In this document: in pieces, positions 31,827-40,701 of the stretch
How the letters are laid out: every line of letters begins with the position of its first letter
Position numbering within the stretch: the stretch's first letter is position 1
From: an uncultured Christensenella sp.
Lineage (GTDB): Bacteria; Bacillota; Clostridia; Christensenellales; UBA1242
Reading direction: 5' to 3'
Assembly (NCBI GenBank): GCA_964564685.1
Contig: CAZMBC010000004.1
Span: 23,382-87,381, forward strand
DNA length: 64,000 nucleotides
Made by a program: the position numbers and the translations under genes
Notes under the pieces: model-generated
Told to the model about the DNA's origin: nothing
The model's input: the letters and a program-made list of their open reading frames with translations, nothing else
Databases searched by the model: none

Positions 31827-34682
31827 TTACTTAAAATTATCTTCTACATGTGTAGGGTCTATAATCTGTGTACCTACTCCTCTAACCTCTTTAAACTTAT
31901 CCGCAAGTTCATTGTCAATAGTAGAAATTAGCTGTATTATTTGATTTGGAGATAGCAGTACTCCATCTTTATAGAACTGCTCTATTGCGCCATCTTGTTC
32001 ATAGGCTTTTTTGGCAATTTCAAGCATAAGGTCATCTTCTTGCTTATAGTTTTTATCAACAATATTTTTTCTAATCTCGTCATCAGCAAAATCAAGATTA
32101 TACTCATATACGCCAATTTCGCTCAAGACTTCGTGACGGGCATCGTTTCGTTTATTCTCGTCTTTTTCAGCCACGCAAATAGTTAGTTTTTTAACTAAAT
32201 CTTCTGCCTGTTTTACTTCTTCTTGCAATTTTTGTACTTCTTCCTCTGGCATATTTGCGCTAACATCCAACAAGTGACGACTATAAATTAACCAGTTTTT
32301 TGCCCTTGTTAAAGAAATTCCATACGACAAATCCACAGCAAGATTTAATACAGTATCATCAAACTTAACAACATTGTCAAGTTTTTCCGGCTCTTCCGGT
32401 TTATTTATATCAACAGGAGGCACTGGAGGTTCTTCATCTATTATTTGTTCTTGTTCAACTTCAGGCTCTTCGTTTACTTGCACATTGTTAATTATCTCAA
32501 TTTCAGGGGTAACATACTGCTTGTTGTTTGGAGATGAAGTATTAACATCTTCGTTAGCAGGTGCTGTATTATTACCATTCAATTGGCTAGTTGCTACTTT
32601 TTCATTTGGTAACGCATTCCACAAATTCATAATTCGTTCAAAACTTTTTCCCATCTCTTCAGAAGAGGTAAATGAAGGTGTAAAAGTTCCAGCCGATACA
32701 GCATTTCGAACTACTTCTTGGGTATTTTGTTGTGTTCTGCCCGAAAGTAACTTAGCAGTTTTATTTATTGCGCCAAAACATGTGCAGAATTTGCATATTT
32801 TAACAGGGTCAAAAGTAACTTGACCTTCAGAATTTTTAACAACATCTCCGTTTGCATCTTTTTGCGCAAACTTATCATTAATTACAAACTCGGTTTTATA
32901 CTGACCATTCTGTTCAGTTATGTTTATTTCACCATATGTTAAAAAAGAATTAACAACTGCCTTTTCTTGGTCCGAAAATTGATTTGAATTATCAGTTACT
33001 ATGGATTGTATGTTATTTCCTTGCGAAACATACTCACCTAACTTATCGGTCATATCAGTTAAAACTCTTATATCATTTTCTACTCTGCTATTTGCAGTTT
33101 CGTTAATGTATTTTCTTTGCTCCTCTGACAATGTAGCCATGTCATAAGAAGCAAAGTCTAAAGTAGAAATTTTATCACCTTTTATAAAATTTTCAACCAA
33201 ACTGTCATTACCATCAAATAATGCAGTGCGTAAATCCTCAGTATAATAGGTTCTTGCAATTTCATTAAAGCCATCTTTTAATGTTTCAACTCTTCTAGCC
33301 GTATCAGGAATTTTAGCAAAATTATCAAAATGAGCTTTAAGCATCTCTCTTAGTTTTGCATAATCTCTTTGAAATACCACATTTGAAGAGTTGGCTTCAT
33401 TAACAGGTTCAGGACCATCACTTTTTGGTTCTTGATTTTGTTCAGGTGTGTCATTTTCTGGCACTTGATTTTCTTCAGAGCTTTCATTTTCTTCTTCCTG
33501 AGCTTGTTCAGGGGCATGATTTTCTTGTTCCTGATTTTGTTCAGGTGTATTGTGCTCCTGTTCCTGATTTTGTACAGGGCTTTCGCTGTTATTATTTACA
33601 TTTGGTTGGCTGTTTAAATTAAATATTGATGCGTCTTTCTGTCTTATATCCTCAAAAAACATGCCACGAATTACAGTTTCTTTGTCACTTTCATCTTTTG
33701 GCAATAAATCTTTTTCTTGTTTGCCTAATTTTTTGCCTAATTTAGATTTAAAAGCATCATATTCGCTCTGATGATTTTGCAAATAATCAGTTATCCACGC
33801 AGGTTTTAGTGTTTTATTAATGCTTGAAATTATATCGAAATATGCAAAATTTTGATTTTCATTAAGTTCTGTTTTATAAAATTCTATTTTACTTGCTACC
33901 TCTGCTGCATCCATATCGTTTTGTTTACACCAGTCGTTAAACGCTTTATTGCGAAGTTCACAATATTGAGCATATTCCGCATTTGCAAAGGTTACAAGAT
34001 CCTCTTGTGTTTGAATCTCCCGAGCAGTTGCCTTGGCTTGATTTATTTTTTGTTCAATTTCCTGTGCGTATGCTTTAAGGTCAGTTGCTTCTTCTGGCGC
34101 GAAGTTGTAACTATAAACAAAGAATCCAAGTTTTTGTTCAGTCTCGGAATACTCGTAATTTCTTTCGTTGCGCTTAACGCTTTGCGACATTAAATTATTT
34201 TGTACCCACGAATCAAATTGTTCCTGATTTAACGCAATAAACTCATCAAGTGCTCTAGGATTATCACCTAACTTTTGTTGAACAAAAGTTTGATATCTTG
34301 CTAATCTAACTGAAATTTTAGAATTTTTATTTATATTTTTTGAAATTCTTTGATATGAATGCAATAGTTTTTCGTCAGCATTAATCATTTGTTCCAGTTT
34401 TGAATCCAAGTAATCATTTGTAACGGTTAGCATTGCATTTTCAAAAAAGGAATCATTTTGGAAGTTTGCTGAATTCGCAAATGCATTGCTAGTATATTCC
34501 CTTCCCTGTTTAGAGCGTGCTCTTAACTCCGTAAAATACCTTTGGGCAATACTACTTGAAATTTCATTATCTTCTGCAATCCCAAAAGTATTGCGAGCAT
34601 CTTTTTTAAATGCGTTTGCAAAAAACTTAGCAAACTCTTCCGCATAAACAGGCCAATTGTATATTTTATTTTTATATTCCAT
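31827..34682 (-). CDS. 951-aa soluble multi-domain protein with acidic Gln/Glu/Pro linkers, function unknown
   Basis: GAGGTGG RBS. No TM helix, signal peptide or P-loop. Linkers are NTPEQNQEQENHAPEQAQEEENESSEENQVPENDTPEQNQEP and EEPEVEQEQIIDEEPPVPPVDINKPEEPE. Confidence 0.7.
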   Translation of the reverse strand: MEYKNKIYNWPVYAEEFAKFFANAFKKDARNTFGIAEDNEISSSIAQRYFTELRARSKQGREYTSNAFANSANFQNDSFFENAMLTVTNDYLDSKLEQMINADEKLLHSYQRISKNINKNSKISVRLARYQTFVQQKLGDNPRALDEFIALNQEQFDSWVQNNLMSQSVKRNERNYEYSETEQKLGFFVYSYNFAPEEATDLKAYAQEIEQKINQAKATAREIQTQEDLVTFANAEYAQYCELRNKAFNDWCKQNDMDAAEVASKIEFYKTELNENQNFAYFDIISSINKTLKPAWITDYLQNHQSEYDAFKSKLGKKLGKQEKDLLPKDESDKETVIRGMFFEDIRQKDASIFNLNSQPNVNNNSESPVQNQEQEHNTPEQNQEQENHAPEQAQEEENESSEENQVPENDTPEQNQEPKSDGPEPVNEANSSNVVFQRDYAKLREMLKAHFDNFAKIPDTARRVETLKDGFNEIARTYYTEDLRTALFDGNDSLVENFIKGDKISTLDFASYDMATLSEEQRKYINETANSRVENDIRVLTDMTDKLGEYVSQGNNIQSIVTDNSNQFSDQEKAVVNSFLTYGEINITEQNGQYKTEFVINDKFAQKDANGDVVKNSEGQVTFDPVKICKFCTCFGAINKTAKLLSGRTQQNTQEVVRNAVSAGTFTPSFTSSEEMGKSFERIMNLWNALPNEKVATSQLNGNNTAPANEDVNTSSPNNKQYVTPEIEIINNVQVNEEPEVEQEQIIDEEPPVPPVDINKPEEPEKLDNVVKFDDTVLNLAVDLSYGISLTRAKNWLIYSRHLLDVSANMPEEEVQKLQEEVKQAEDLVKKLTICVAEKDENKRNDARHEVLSEIGVYEYNLDFADDEIRKNIVDKNYKQEDDLMLEIAKKAYEQDGAIEQFYKDGVLLSPNQIIQLISTIDNELADKFKEVRGVGTQIIDPTHVEDNFK
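33428..33580 (-). repeat. imperfect in-frame repeats encoding (T/A)PEQNQE(Q/P) units
   Basis: Plus-strand units gttcttgattttgttcaggtgtg (33428-33450), gttcctgattttgttcaggtgta (33527-33549) and gttcctgattttgtacagggc (33560-33580). Confidence 0.7.
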
Positions 34683-34735
34683 AAACCCACCTCATGTTGT
34701 AATTAGCAAACCAAAGCAAATCTTTTATTAATAGC

Positions 34736-34764
34736 ATTATACCACAATATTTTATATTTTACAA
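34736..34764 (-). promoter_or_regulatory. sigma-A-type promoter (extended -10) for the 951-aa gene
   Basis: On the minus strand: TTGTAA, 17 nt, TGgTATAAT. ~45-nt 5' UTR. Confidence 0.5.
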
Positions 34765-34888
34765 CATTTAATACTAATAAAATGCCCGATACAACGCTTA
34801 TTTTATGTAGTTAACTATACAAGGATAATATTGCAAATAAAAAAATAGTTTATGGAAAAACACCACAAACTAATTTTTTAATTTTAAA

Positions 34889-37534
34889 CTAAACGCGTTT
34901 TTCAAACAGTGTTCTAACAGTGGATAAAGCCTCTATTTGAACATGAGTTCTGCTCATAGGGCCTGTAATCAAAAATGCCTGACCGCGCCTTGCTGTAATA
35001 ATACTATCTTGCTCTTCCTCGTTTATTCCGCCCGCATTACGATATAGGTTAATAAGGTCGGTCATATCATTAGGAGAAAGCGAGAAAATCATAGAATATT
35101 GGCTAGCATTAATAACTGCAGTACTTTGTTGGGCAATTTCCTCCGAGCCCACAAAGTCTTTAATGTTTTGCGTAATAATTATTTGCATACCATTGTATTT
35201 TCTTATACGTTTTGCCATTTGCGCCATAAAGTCAAGCGCAATAGGGAATTTTTTGTTAATAAACACGTGCGCCTCATCTACGGCAACAATTATACGACGG
35301 TGTTCCTCTTCAAGCTCGGCATCTGCAAAATACTTAAGGTTAAAGTCCCTGTTTTTTGCAATCTCGTTATCCAAATACTTAAATACCAACAACATCTGTG
35401 CATTTGCTATTATGTCGTTTCGGTTAGAAATAAGCGAACGGAAGTTAAAGCATATAAAGTTTTCGTTTGTTTTAACGGATGTATAACCATTCCAAAGGTT
35501 GCTGTTACGTCCACCAGACGCAAACTTTTCTATAAAGGTTTTTGCAATCTGATAGTTGCGTGCATAATACTCATCTTGTTCTTTTGACATTTTTTGGTTA
35601 ATGAGATTAAGTAAATCATCAAAAATAGGAAAATCTTTCGGTTGTAATTTTGAAAAGTCTGTACCTGCATTTATGCCTTTGCTATGATACAACTCCACGG
35701 TAAGAGAGTTAAGCATTTCAAATGCGTCTGTGGAAATTCCCGGCAAAATCAGCTTATAAAACTGCTCTAAAAACTGCAAGTGTGTATTAAACGCATCCGA
35801 TTCTCCACCTTCATCTGCTTCCAAAGTGGTGTAAATATGAAAAGGGTTGAATATTCCGTTAATCGAACTTCCAACATCAATCATTTTTCCGCCCAAGTTT
35901 TCGCACAAAATTTCGTATTCGTTCTCGGGGTCCAAAATAAATATACGAGTGTTATCGGCGGCAAAGTTGGCAAGCAAAGTTTTGGTTGCAAACGACTTAC
36001 CACTACCCGACTTACCAATAACAACCATGTTGCTGTTTACGCGCTCGTTATTTCGCATAAAAAAGTTTGTAAACACAGGATACGAGTTATAGCCCAAATA
36101 AAAGCCACGCTCGTCCTGCAACATATTACTAATAAACGGATACATTGCAGCAATAGTAGATGTTTGGATGCCACGAGTATAGCTTGTTAATAAATCCAAT
36201 TTAGAAATGTTAGAACTAACAAAGCCATCCACTTGGCGACCAAAATTTTCGGTGTATCTAAAGCCATTTTGACGCAATACCGCCCTAACTTCTTTTTTAA
36301 CCTTTTCACTTGCCATTAAATGAACATTAACATCAAAAAGGTTTTCGTTGCTATTTTTAAGAGATTGCAACAATTGCAACAAAGTATTGTATTGCGTTTC
36401 GTTTTCAATTTGTTTACTATGCTTGTTGGATTTATTCATACGGATTTCCATTTCCATAATCGATTTATCCAACTGCCTTTCAGCTTTCCACCTATCCATT
36501 GGTGAAATGTTAACAACCACCCTAGTTTCCTCTAGCTGAAATAACGGATACATCCACGCATTTGGCACTTCCAAAGGATAGTCAGTTATCGTAAACGCCC
36601 TGTAAACCTCGTTATCAATTGAAAGTGTGTTGGCCTTAAAAGTAACCTCTTCTGGAAACGCCCAGCGAATTTGGTCTTTTTCGTTTAAAACCTCTAGCTC
36701 ACGCTCGTCAAAATTAGCTGAAAAAGTACTTCGCAAAAAAGATAGCCTATCTAACCCCAACACTAACTTGGTATAAATTGGTGTACTACTGCTTTCAAGC
36801 GTTCCCACAATACCATTTATTGTGCTTTCAAGCGCTTGCCTGTCACTATCGTATACAATTAAAAAATAGTGGTCCTTAACAATCTTTTGGTCAGTATTAA
36901 GATACTTAATGGCATTTAGCCTTTCTTCAAACACAGGGCTACGAGCATCCAATTCATATTGTCCGTAAAGTTCCCTATCTGCCATGTCAATAAGATTATT
37001 GTATTTTTCGTCCTCATAACGTTCCATATTATCTAATATCATTGGCATGCGTGTTTTAATAATAGTAGCTTTTTGATTGGTGGCAAGCCTTTGTATAGCA
37101 TTTGCAAGCGTGTTAATAACCATGTTTTGTTTGTCTTCAGTTAGCAAAAAGAAAGACGATGGCAAGATTTCTATCGCCATACCATAATAGCCGTTAAATA
37201 CAATAAATTTATCTGTATTTAATCCCTCAAAAGGAATAATTCTTTTTATATCATCTTTAGGCTTTTTAAAATTTTTAACATACTTTTTCTTATATGCAAA
37301 AAATTTAAATAACAACAGCAAACCATAATAAAGTTTTACACCGTCCGAAAGTGGAATATACAAACAAACATATATGCTTACAAACCCTAGCGTTAATATA
37401 GTTTTATATGGAATATTACTGGTAAAAATAAGCACCGCCAACGCTACACCAATTATCGCAACTATAAGGTCAGTAAATGTAAAGTTTCTATAAATCTCGG
37501 TTCTAACTTTGCTTCTTCTTGGAATGTATCTCAT
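34889..37534 (-). CDS. VirB4/TraE/TcpF-type T4SS ATPase with N-terminal membrane hairpin
   Basis: 881 aa. Walker A VVIGKSGSGKSFATKTLL (nt 35993-36016), Walker B RIIVAVDEAHVF, and hydrophobic segments at aa ~18-80. Confidence 0.85.
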   Translation of the reverse strand: MRYIPRRSKVRTEIYRNFTFTDLIVAIIGVALAVLIFTSNIPYKTILTLGFVSIYVCLYIPLSDGVKLYYGLLLLFKFFAYKKKYVKNFKKPKDDIKRIIPFEGLNTDKFIVFNGYYGMAIEILPSSFFLLTEDKQNMVINTLANAIQRLATNQKATIIKTRMPMILDNMERYEDEKYNNLIDMADRELYGQYELDARSPVFEERLNAIKYLNTDQKIVKDHYFLIVYDSDRQALESTINGIVGTLESSSTPIYTKLVLGLDRLSFLRSTFSANFDERELEVLNEKDQIRWAFPEEVTFKANTLSIDNEVYRAFTITDYPLEVPNAWMYPLFQLEETRVVVNISPMDRWKAERQLDKSIMEMEIRMNKSNKHSKQIENETQYNTLLQLLQSLKNSNENLFDVNVHLMASEKVKKEVRAVLRQNGFRYTENFGRQVDGFVSSNISKLDLLTSYTRGIQTSTIAAMYPFISNMLQDERGFYLGYNSYPVFTNFFMRNNERVNSNMVVIGKSGSGKSFATKTLLANFAADNTRIFILDPENEYEILCENLGGKMIDVGSSINGIFNPFHIYTTLEADEGGESDAFNTHLQFLEQFYKLILPGISTDAFEMLNSLTVELYHSKGINAGTDFSKLQPKDFPIFDDLLNLINQKMSKEQDEYYARNYQIAKTFIEKFASGGRNSNLWNGYTSVKTNENFICFNFRSLISNRNDIIANAQMLLVFKYLDNEIAKNRDFNLKYFADAELEEEHRRIIVAVDEAHVFINKKFPIALDFMAQMAKRIRKYNGMQIIITQNIKDFVGSEEIAQQSTAVINASQYSMIFSLSPNDMTDLINLYRNAGGINEEEQDSIITARRGQAFLITGPMSRTHVQIEALSTVRTLFEKRV

Positions 37535-37598
37535 TTTTCACCCTCATAAAATATTTTGCACATCAAACATTTTAAATATGTACAAATACACATACATT

Positions 37599-37627
37599 AT
37601 TATATAATACAAACTAAAATATTCCAA
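37599..37627 (-). promoter_or_regulatory. sigma-A-type promoter for the VirB4-like gene
   Basis: On the minus strand: TTGGAA (37627-37622), 17 nt, TATAAT (37604-37599). Confidence 0.45.
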
Positions 37628-37751
37628 ACTTATTTAACAACATATTTTTTAATTTAATGCATCCGCCTAAACCATAAAATTGCATTGCACAACATAAAAA
37701 AAACCAAAAAAACACTTGTATTGTTAGTTTGAATAGTATTATATTGGCAAG

Positions 37752-37780
37752 AAAAAAGTGGCTAATTTCAGCCACTTTTT
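37752..37780 (-). terminator. rho-independent terminator after the 888-aa membrane-protein gene
   Basis: A-run, stem agtggc (37757-37762) / gccact (37771-37776), then T-run. Confidence 0.65.
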
Positions 37781-37788
37781 GTGTTAAT

Positions 37789-40455
37789 CTATTTTTTACT
37801 GTACTTACCAATAAGTTTAGCAAGTTTTTCTTGATTTGCCGCCTCTGCAGCCTTGGTTGCAGCCTTTGCAGCAGATTTGCTAATTTCTTCAAACATATCG
37901 TTAATAGCTTTATTAATCCTACCAGTAGGTATTTTAAAGTCATATTTATCCATTTCTTTTGCAGCCTTAAGATATGCTTTTTTAGCACCATCGGTCATTG
38001 TAGAAATAGCATGATTAAACGCATTATTTACATTTGCTAAATAATCATTGAATTTACCATTAACTTTTGCCTCGTCTGTAAATCTAGCATTTGTAATTGT
38101 GTCTATATCGCTAACAGTCATTTTTGCTGTAACCTTGTTTAGATCTATTTCGCTGTTACTCTTGGCAAGTTCCCCTTCAATAGTAGTAATTAAGTCACTA
38201 ATTTTAGCTTCTTGATCCAAAGTATCCTCAAACCTGGTTGCAAGATTTTGATTTGTTTTAAGTCCATTTAGCACTTGTTCTAATTGTTGTCTACTAGTAT
38301 CAACATCCATAGTTTTTAATGTAATACCCTGTAAAGCATCTCTCATAAGTTGCGCTAGTTGTTCATTGTTCTGTGATAACATTGCAGTTGGTGTTAATCT
38401 AGCGCCTGCACCAGCCTGATTTACTTTTTTATAAGCCTCTGTATCATTAAGTCTTGCTATATTAGCATTTATAGAATTGCTTCCGCCTTTTTTAGGAAGA
38501 TCAGATATTAAATCATCACCTGCAGACCAAATATGTTCTCCAACGCCTTTCATGCCACTCATAAAATTACTCCATTTGGTATTATTGCTTTGTTTACTTG
38601 ATGCCGCGGTGCTAGCAACTTCACCACCAACAAGCTTTGTAGCTTTTCCATCCAGGTCTACCATGGATTTACCACCAAATGGCTCAATATATCCACCCGT
38701 AAATTTGTTAACAAACGAGCCTATTGCCGAGCCTTGAACTGCATCGTTAAACATAACATGTGTTCTTGCCAATCCTCTAGCGCCCCTTGCAGCTGAAATA
38801 GTAAGATTCTTTCTTTTGCGCTCATCAAGCACATTTTTGCGTCCAGACGCTCTATTAATAGTTTCAGTTAATTCTGAATTGTTTTCCATAGCCCTATTCA
38901 TTGTATTCAGTTTGTCTTCATCGCTCATCTTATCAAAATCAGCTTGTCCTTTTGCATCTAATGTGTTTCGATACGCATTAAGAATGTCCGCACTATGTTC
39001 TTCATTGTATGCTATATTTTCTTGATTTTTCTTAAGTTTATGCTTTGAAATACCGCCTGCAATTCCTTGTGCTATACCTATACCACCAAGTGCAAATTTA
39101 GTAGCTTTTGTTCCGTATTTTACAGCTTGTTCGGATACGCTTTTAGACATTTTTGTACCAGCATCAAGAATTTCTTCACCACCAATATAGCCCGAAATAA
39201 GTTTGGCCATATCGTTTAGCATTAAAAGGCCAACTAAAATAAAGATACATTGAACCCAGAAATTAAACGGATTCCACCCATATGCAACTGGCCAAAGGTT
39301 AATTTGCTTAATTATTCCTATTAAAAAGAAGAATAGATTAAGCGAAATTACCACTCCATAAGCACCCAATACCGCGCCAATAAAGTTTTTACGCCAAGAC
39401 TTATATGCTGCTCCGCCATCAAGCGGATGTAACGCAATAACTGCTGGAGAGATAATAAACAACGCCGCAACCTTGTAAAGCCTCATAACCAAGCCAAAAC
39501 AAGATTTTAACAAGCAAGCAAGCGCAAGACCTGACGCAAAATATATAATGAGATAATTTCCAGAGCCAAGGTTATAGAATGTTTGCACTGCTTTCGTGTT
39601 TGAATAGTGTAAAAAATAAGTTGAATTTTTATAATCAAACTTAACAGCATCACTCTTTGTTGCTGAAAAAGAAGAATCTATTGCATTAGCAAGAGTTTGT
39701 ATGTTTATTTCATCATTTCCATTTTGAGTAACATTAAATACCTCATATGCATTTTTTCTTTCTGTTGTAGTTCCTTCAGTAGCACCATTTACATCTACCA
39801 CATCTACCTCTATGGTAAAATCGCCCTTCTCATCAACTTTATTTTCAGTGCCTGTACCGCCAGACAAAAACTCATCACCCTTAACCCATTCTCGTTTACC
39901 AGTGCGAACAACATTGGTGTCACCCATGCCTGCTAAAAATATAGTGCCCGCAATGGATGAAGATCCGCCACGGCTAGTAGCACGGTCAACAGCCTCTAAC
40001 AGTGTGTTACTAACAATAACACCTAAAATACAAACAATAGGAACAAGGATAAACATACCCAAAGCCTTAATGGATGCACCAATAACAGTGCCTTTGCTGT
40101 TTTTGCTGCCTTCAGTAGTATATTCAACTCTGATTAATTGAACGATAGTGGCAATAATTAAAAGCGCAACTGCAAACAATGTCATTGTAATAACAATTTC
40201 AACAATACGATTGTTAGTTAATAAACTTAAAACCACGTCATCCTGTGGTATTGCATTTCCCGAGTCATTAACAACATACACAGATTCAAGCCCAGCCAAT
40301 TTACGAAAAGTCTCCTGAACAAAATCCAACAACTTAAAAAATATAGAGGCAAGCTCATAGAAGAACCTACCCAAGGTATAGTTTAAAACATTTATAAGCC
40401 AAGGAACTAATACTCCAATAAAAGCAACTCCTATACCAATAGCAACAACAGCCAT
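37789..40455 (-). CDS. 888-aa polytopic membrane protein with large loop and ~460-aa soluble C-terminal region (VirB6/TrbL-position candidate)
   Basis: About seven hydrophobic helices in aa 1-430, with a ~135-aa hydrophilic loop after helix 3. The tail is helical and Ala/Lys-rich. The start is the ATG at 40455 (GGAG RBS). The ORF-track start at 40461 is a TTG. Confidence 0.55.
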   Translation of the reverse strand: MAVVAIGIGVAFIGVLVPWLINVLNYTLGRFFYELASIFFKLLDFVQETFRKLAGLESVYVVNDSGNAIPQDDVVLSLLTNNRIVEIVITMTLFAVALLIIATIVQLIRVEYTTEGSKNSKGTVIGASIKALGMFILVPIVCILGVIVSNTLLEAVDRATSRGGSSSIAGTIFLAGMGDTNVVRTGKREWVKGDEFLSGGTGTENKVDEKGDFTIEVDVVDVNGATEGTTTERKNAYEVFNVTQNGNDEINIQTLANAIDSSFSATKSDAVKFDYKNSTYFLHYSNTKAVQTFYNLGSGNYLIIYFASGLALACLLKSCFGLVMRLYKVAALFIISPAVIALHPLDGGAAYKSWRKNFIGAVLGAYGVVISLNLFFFLIGIIKQINLWPVAYGWNPFNFWVQCIFILVGLLMLNDMAKLISGYIGGEEILDAGTKMSKSVSEQAVKYGTKATKFALGGIGIAQGIAGGISKHKLKKNQENIAYNEEHSADILNAYRNTLDAKGQADFDKMSDEDKLNTMNRAMENNSELTETINRASGRKNVLDERKRKNLTISAARGARGLARTHVMFNDAVQGSAIGSFVNKFTGGYIEPFGGKSMVDLDGKATKLVGGEVASTAASSKQSNNTKWSNFMSGMKGVGEHIWSAGDDLISDLPKKGGSNSINANIARLNDTEAYKKVNQAGAGARLTPTAMLSQNNEQLAQLMRDALQGITLKTMDVDTSRQQLEQVLNGLKTNQNLATRFEDTLDQEAKISDLITTIEGELAKSNSEIDLNKVTAKMTVSDIDTITNARFTDEAKVNGKFNDYLANVNNAFNHAISTMTDGAKKAYLKAAKEMDKYDFKIPTGRINKAINDMFEEISKSAAKAATKAAEAANQEKLAKLIGKYSKK

Positions 40456-40483
40456 ACACAAAACTCCTGTTTATTTTTATAAA

Positions 40484-40512
40484 ATTTTACAATATATTTG
40501 CGTTAAAGGCAA
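40484..40512 (-). promoter_or_regulatory. candidate sigma-A promoter for the 888-aa gene
   Basis: On the minus strand: TTGCCT (40512-40507), 17 nt, TAAAAT (40489-40484). Confidence 0.4.
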
Positions 40513-40649
40513 GAAAATTGCAACATTAATAAATAAAATTTATTTTAATGCGGATATATGTAAAAATATAGAGTGAAAAACAAATTAAAAGTTTTAATAT
40601 ATTTTTAACAAATGTTAAGCAAAATATTTAAATAAAGTGAATAAACTTT

Positions 40650-40678
40650 TTGACTTTAAAAGCGCAAACTTTTATAAT
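40650..40678 (+). promoter_or_regulatory. near-consensus sigma-A promoter for the VirD4-like gene
   Basis: TTGACT (40650-40655), 17 nt, TATAAT (40673-40678). Confidence 0.6.
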
Positions 40679-40701
40679 GTTAATATGAAATTAAACACAT
40701 T

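Noticed and set aside
33425-33622. Two ~60-aa plus-strand ORFs antisense to the PEQNQE repeat region
   Set aside because: They are antisense artefacts of the repeat (Phe/Leu-rich). They have no RBS and lie wholly inside the 951-aa CDS.
31827-34682. The 951-aa protein as the missing relaxase
   Set aside because: I saw no N-terminal HxDxxxH/HUH-type histidine cluster with catalytic Tyr, no Rep_trans-like or TrwC-like motif and no helicase P-loop in the translation. The acidic-linker architecture is unlike known MOB families. This needs an HMM search for certainty.
37614-37991. 125-aa minus-strand ORF spanning the 3' end of the 888-aa gene and its terminator
   Set aside because: It is out of frame with, and overlaps, a much longer and better supported CDS. 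It runs through the hairpin terminator, has no RBS and gives a Leu/Lys-rich translation typical of AT-rich off-frame reading.
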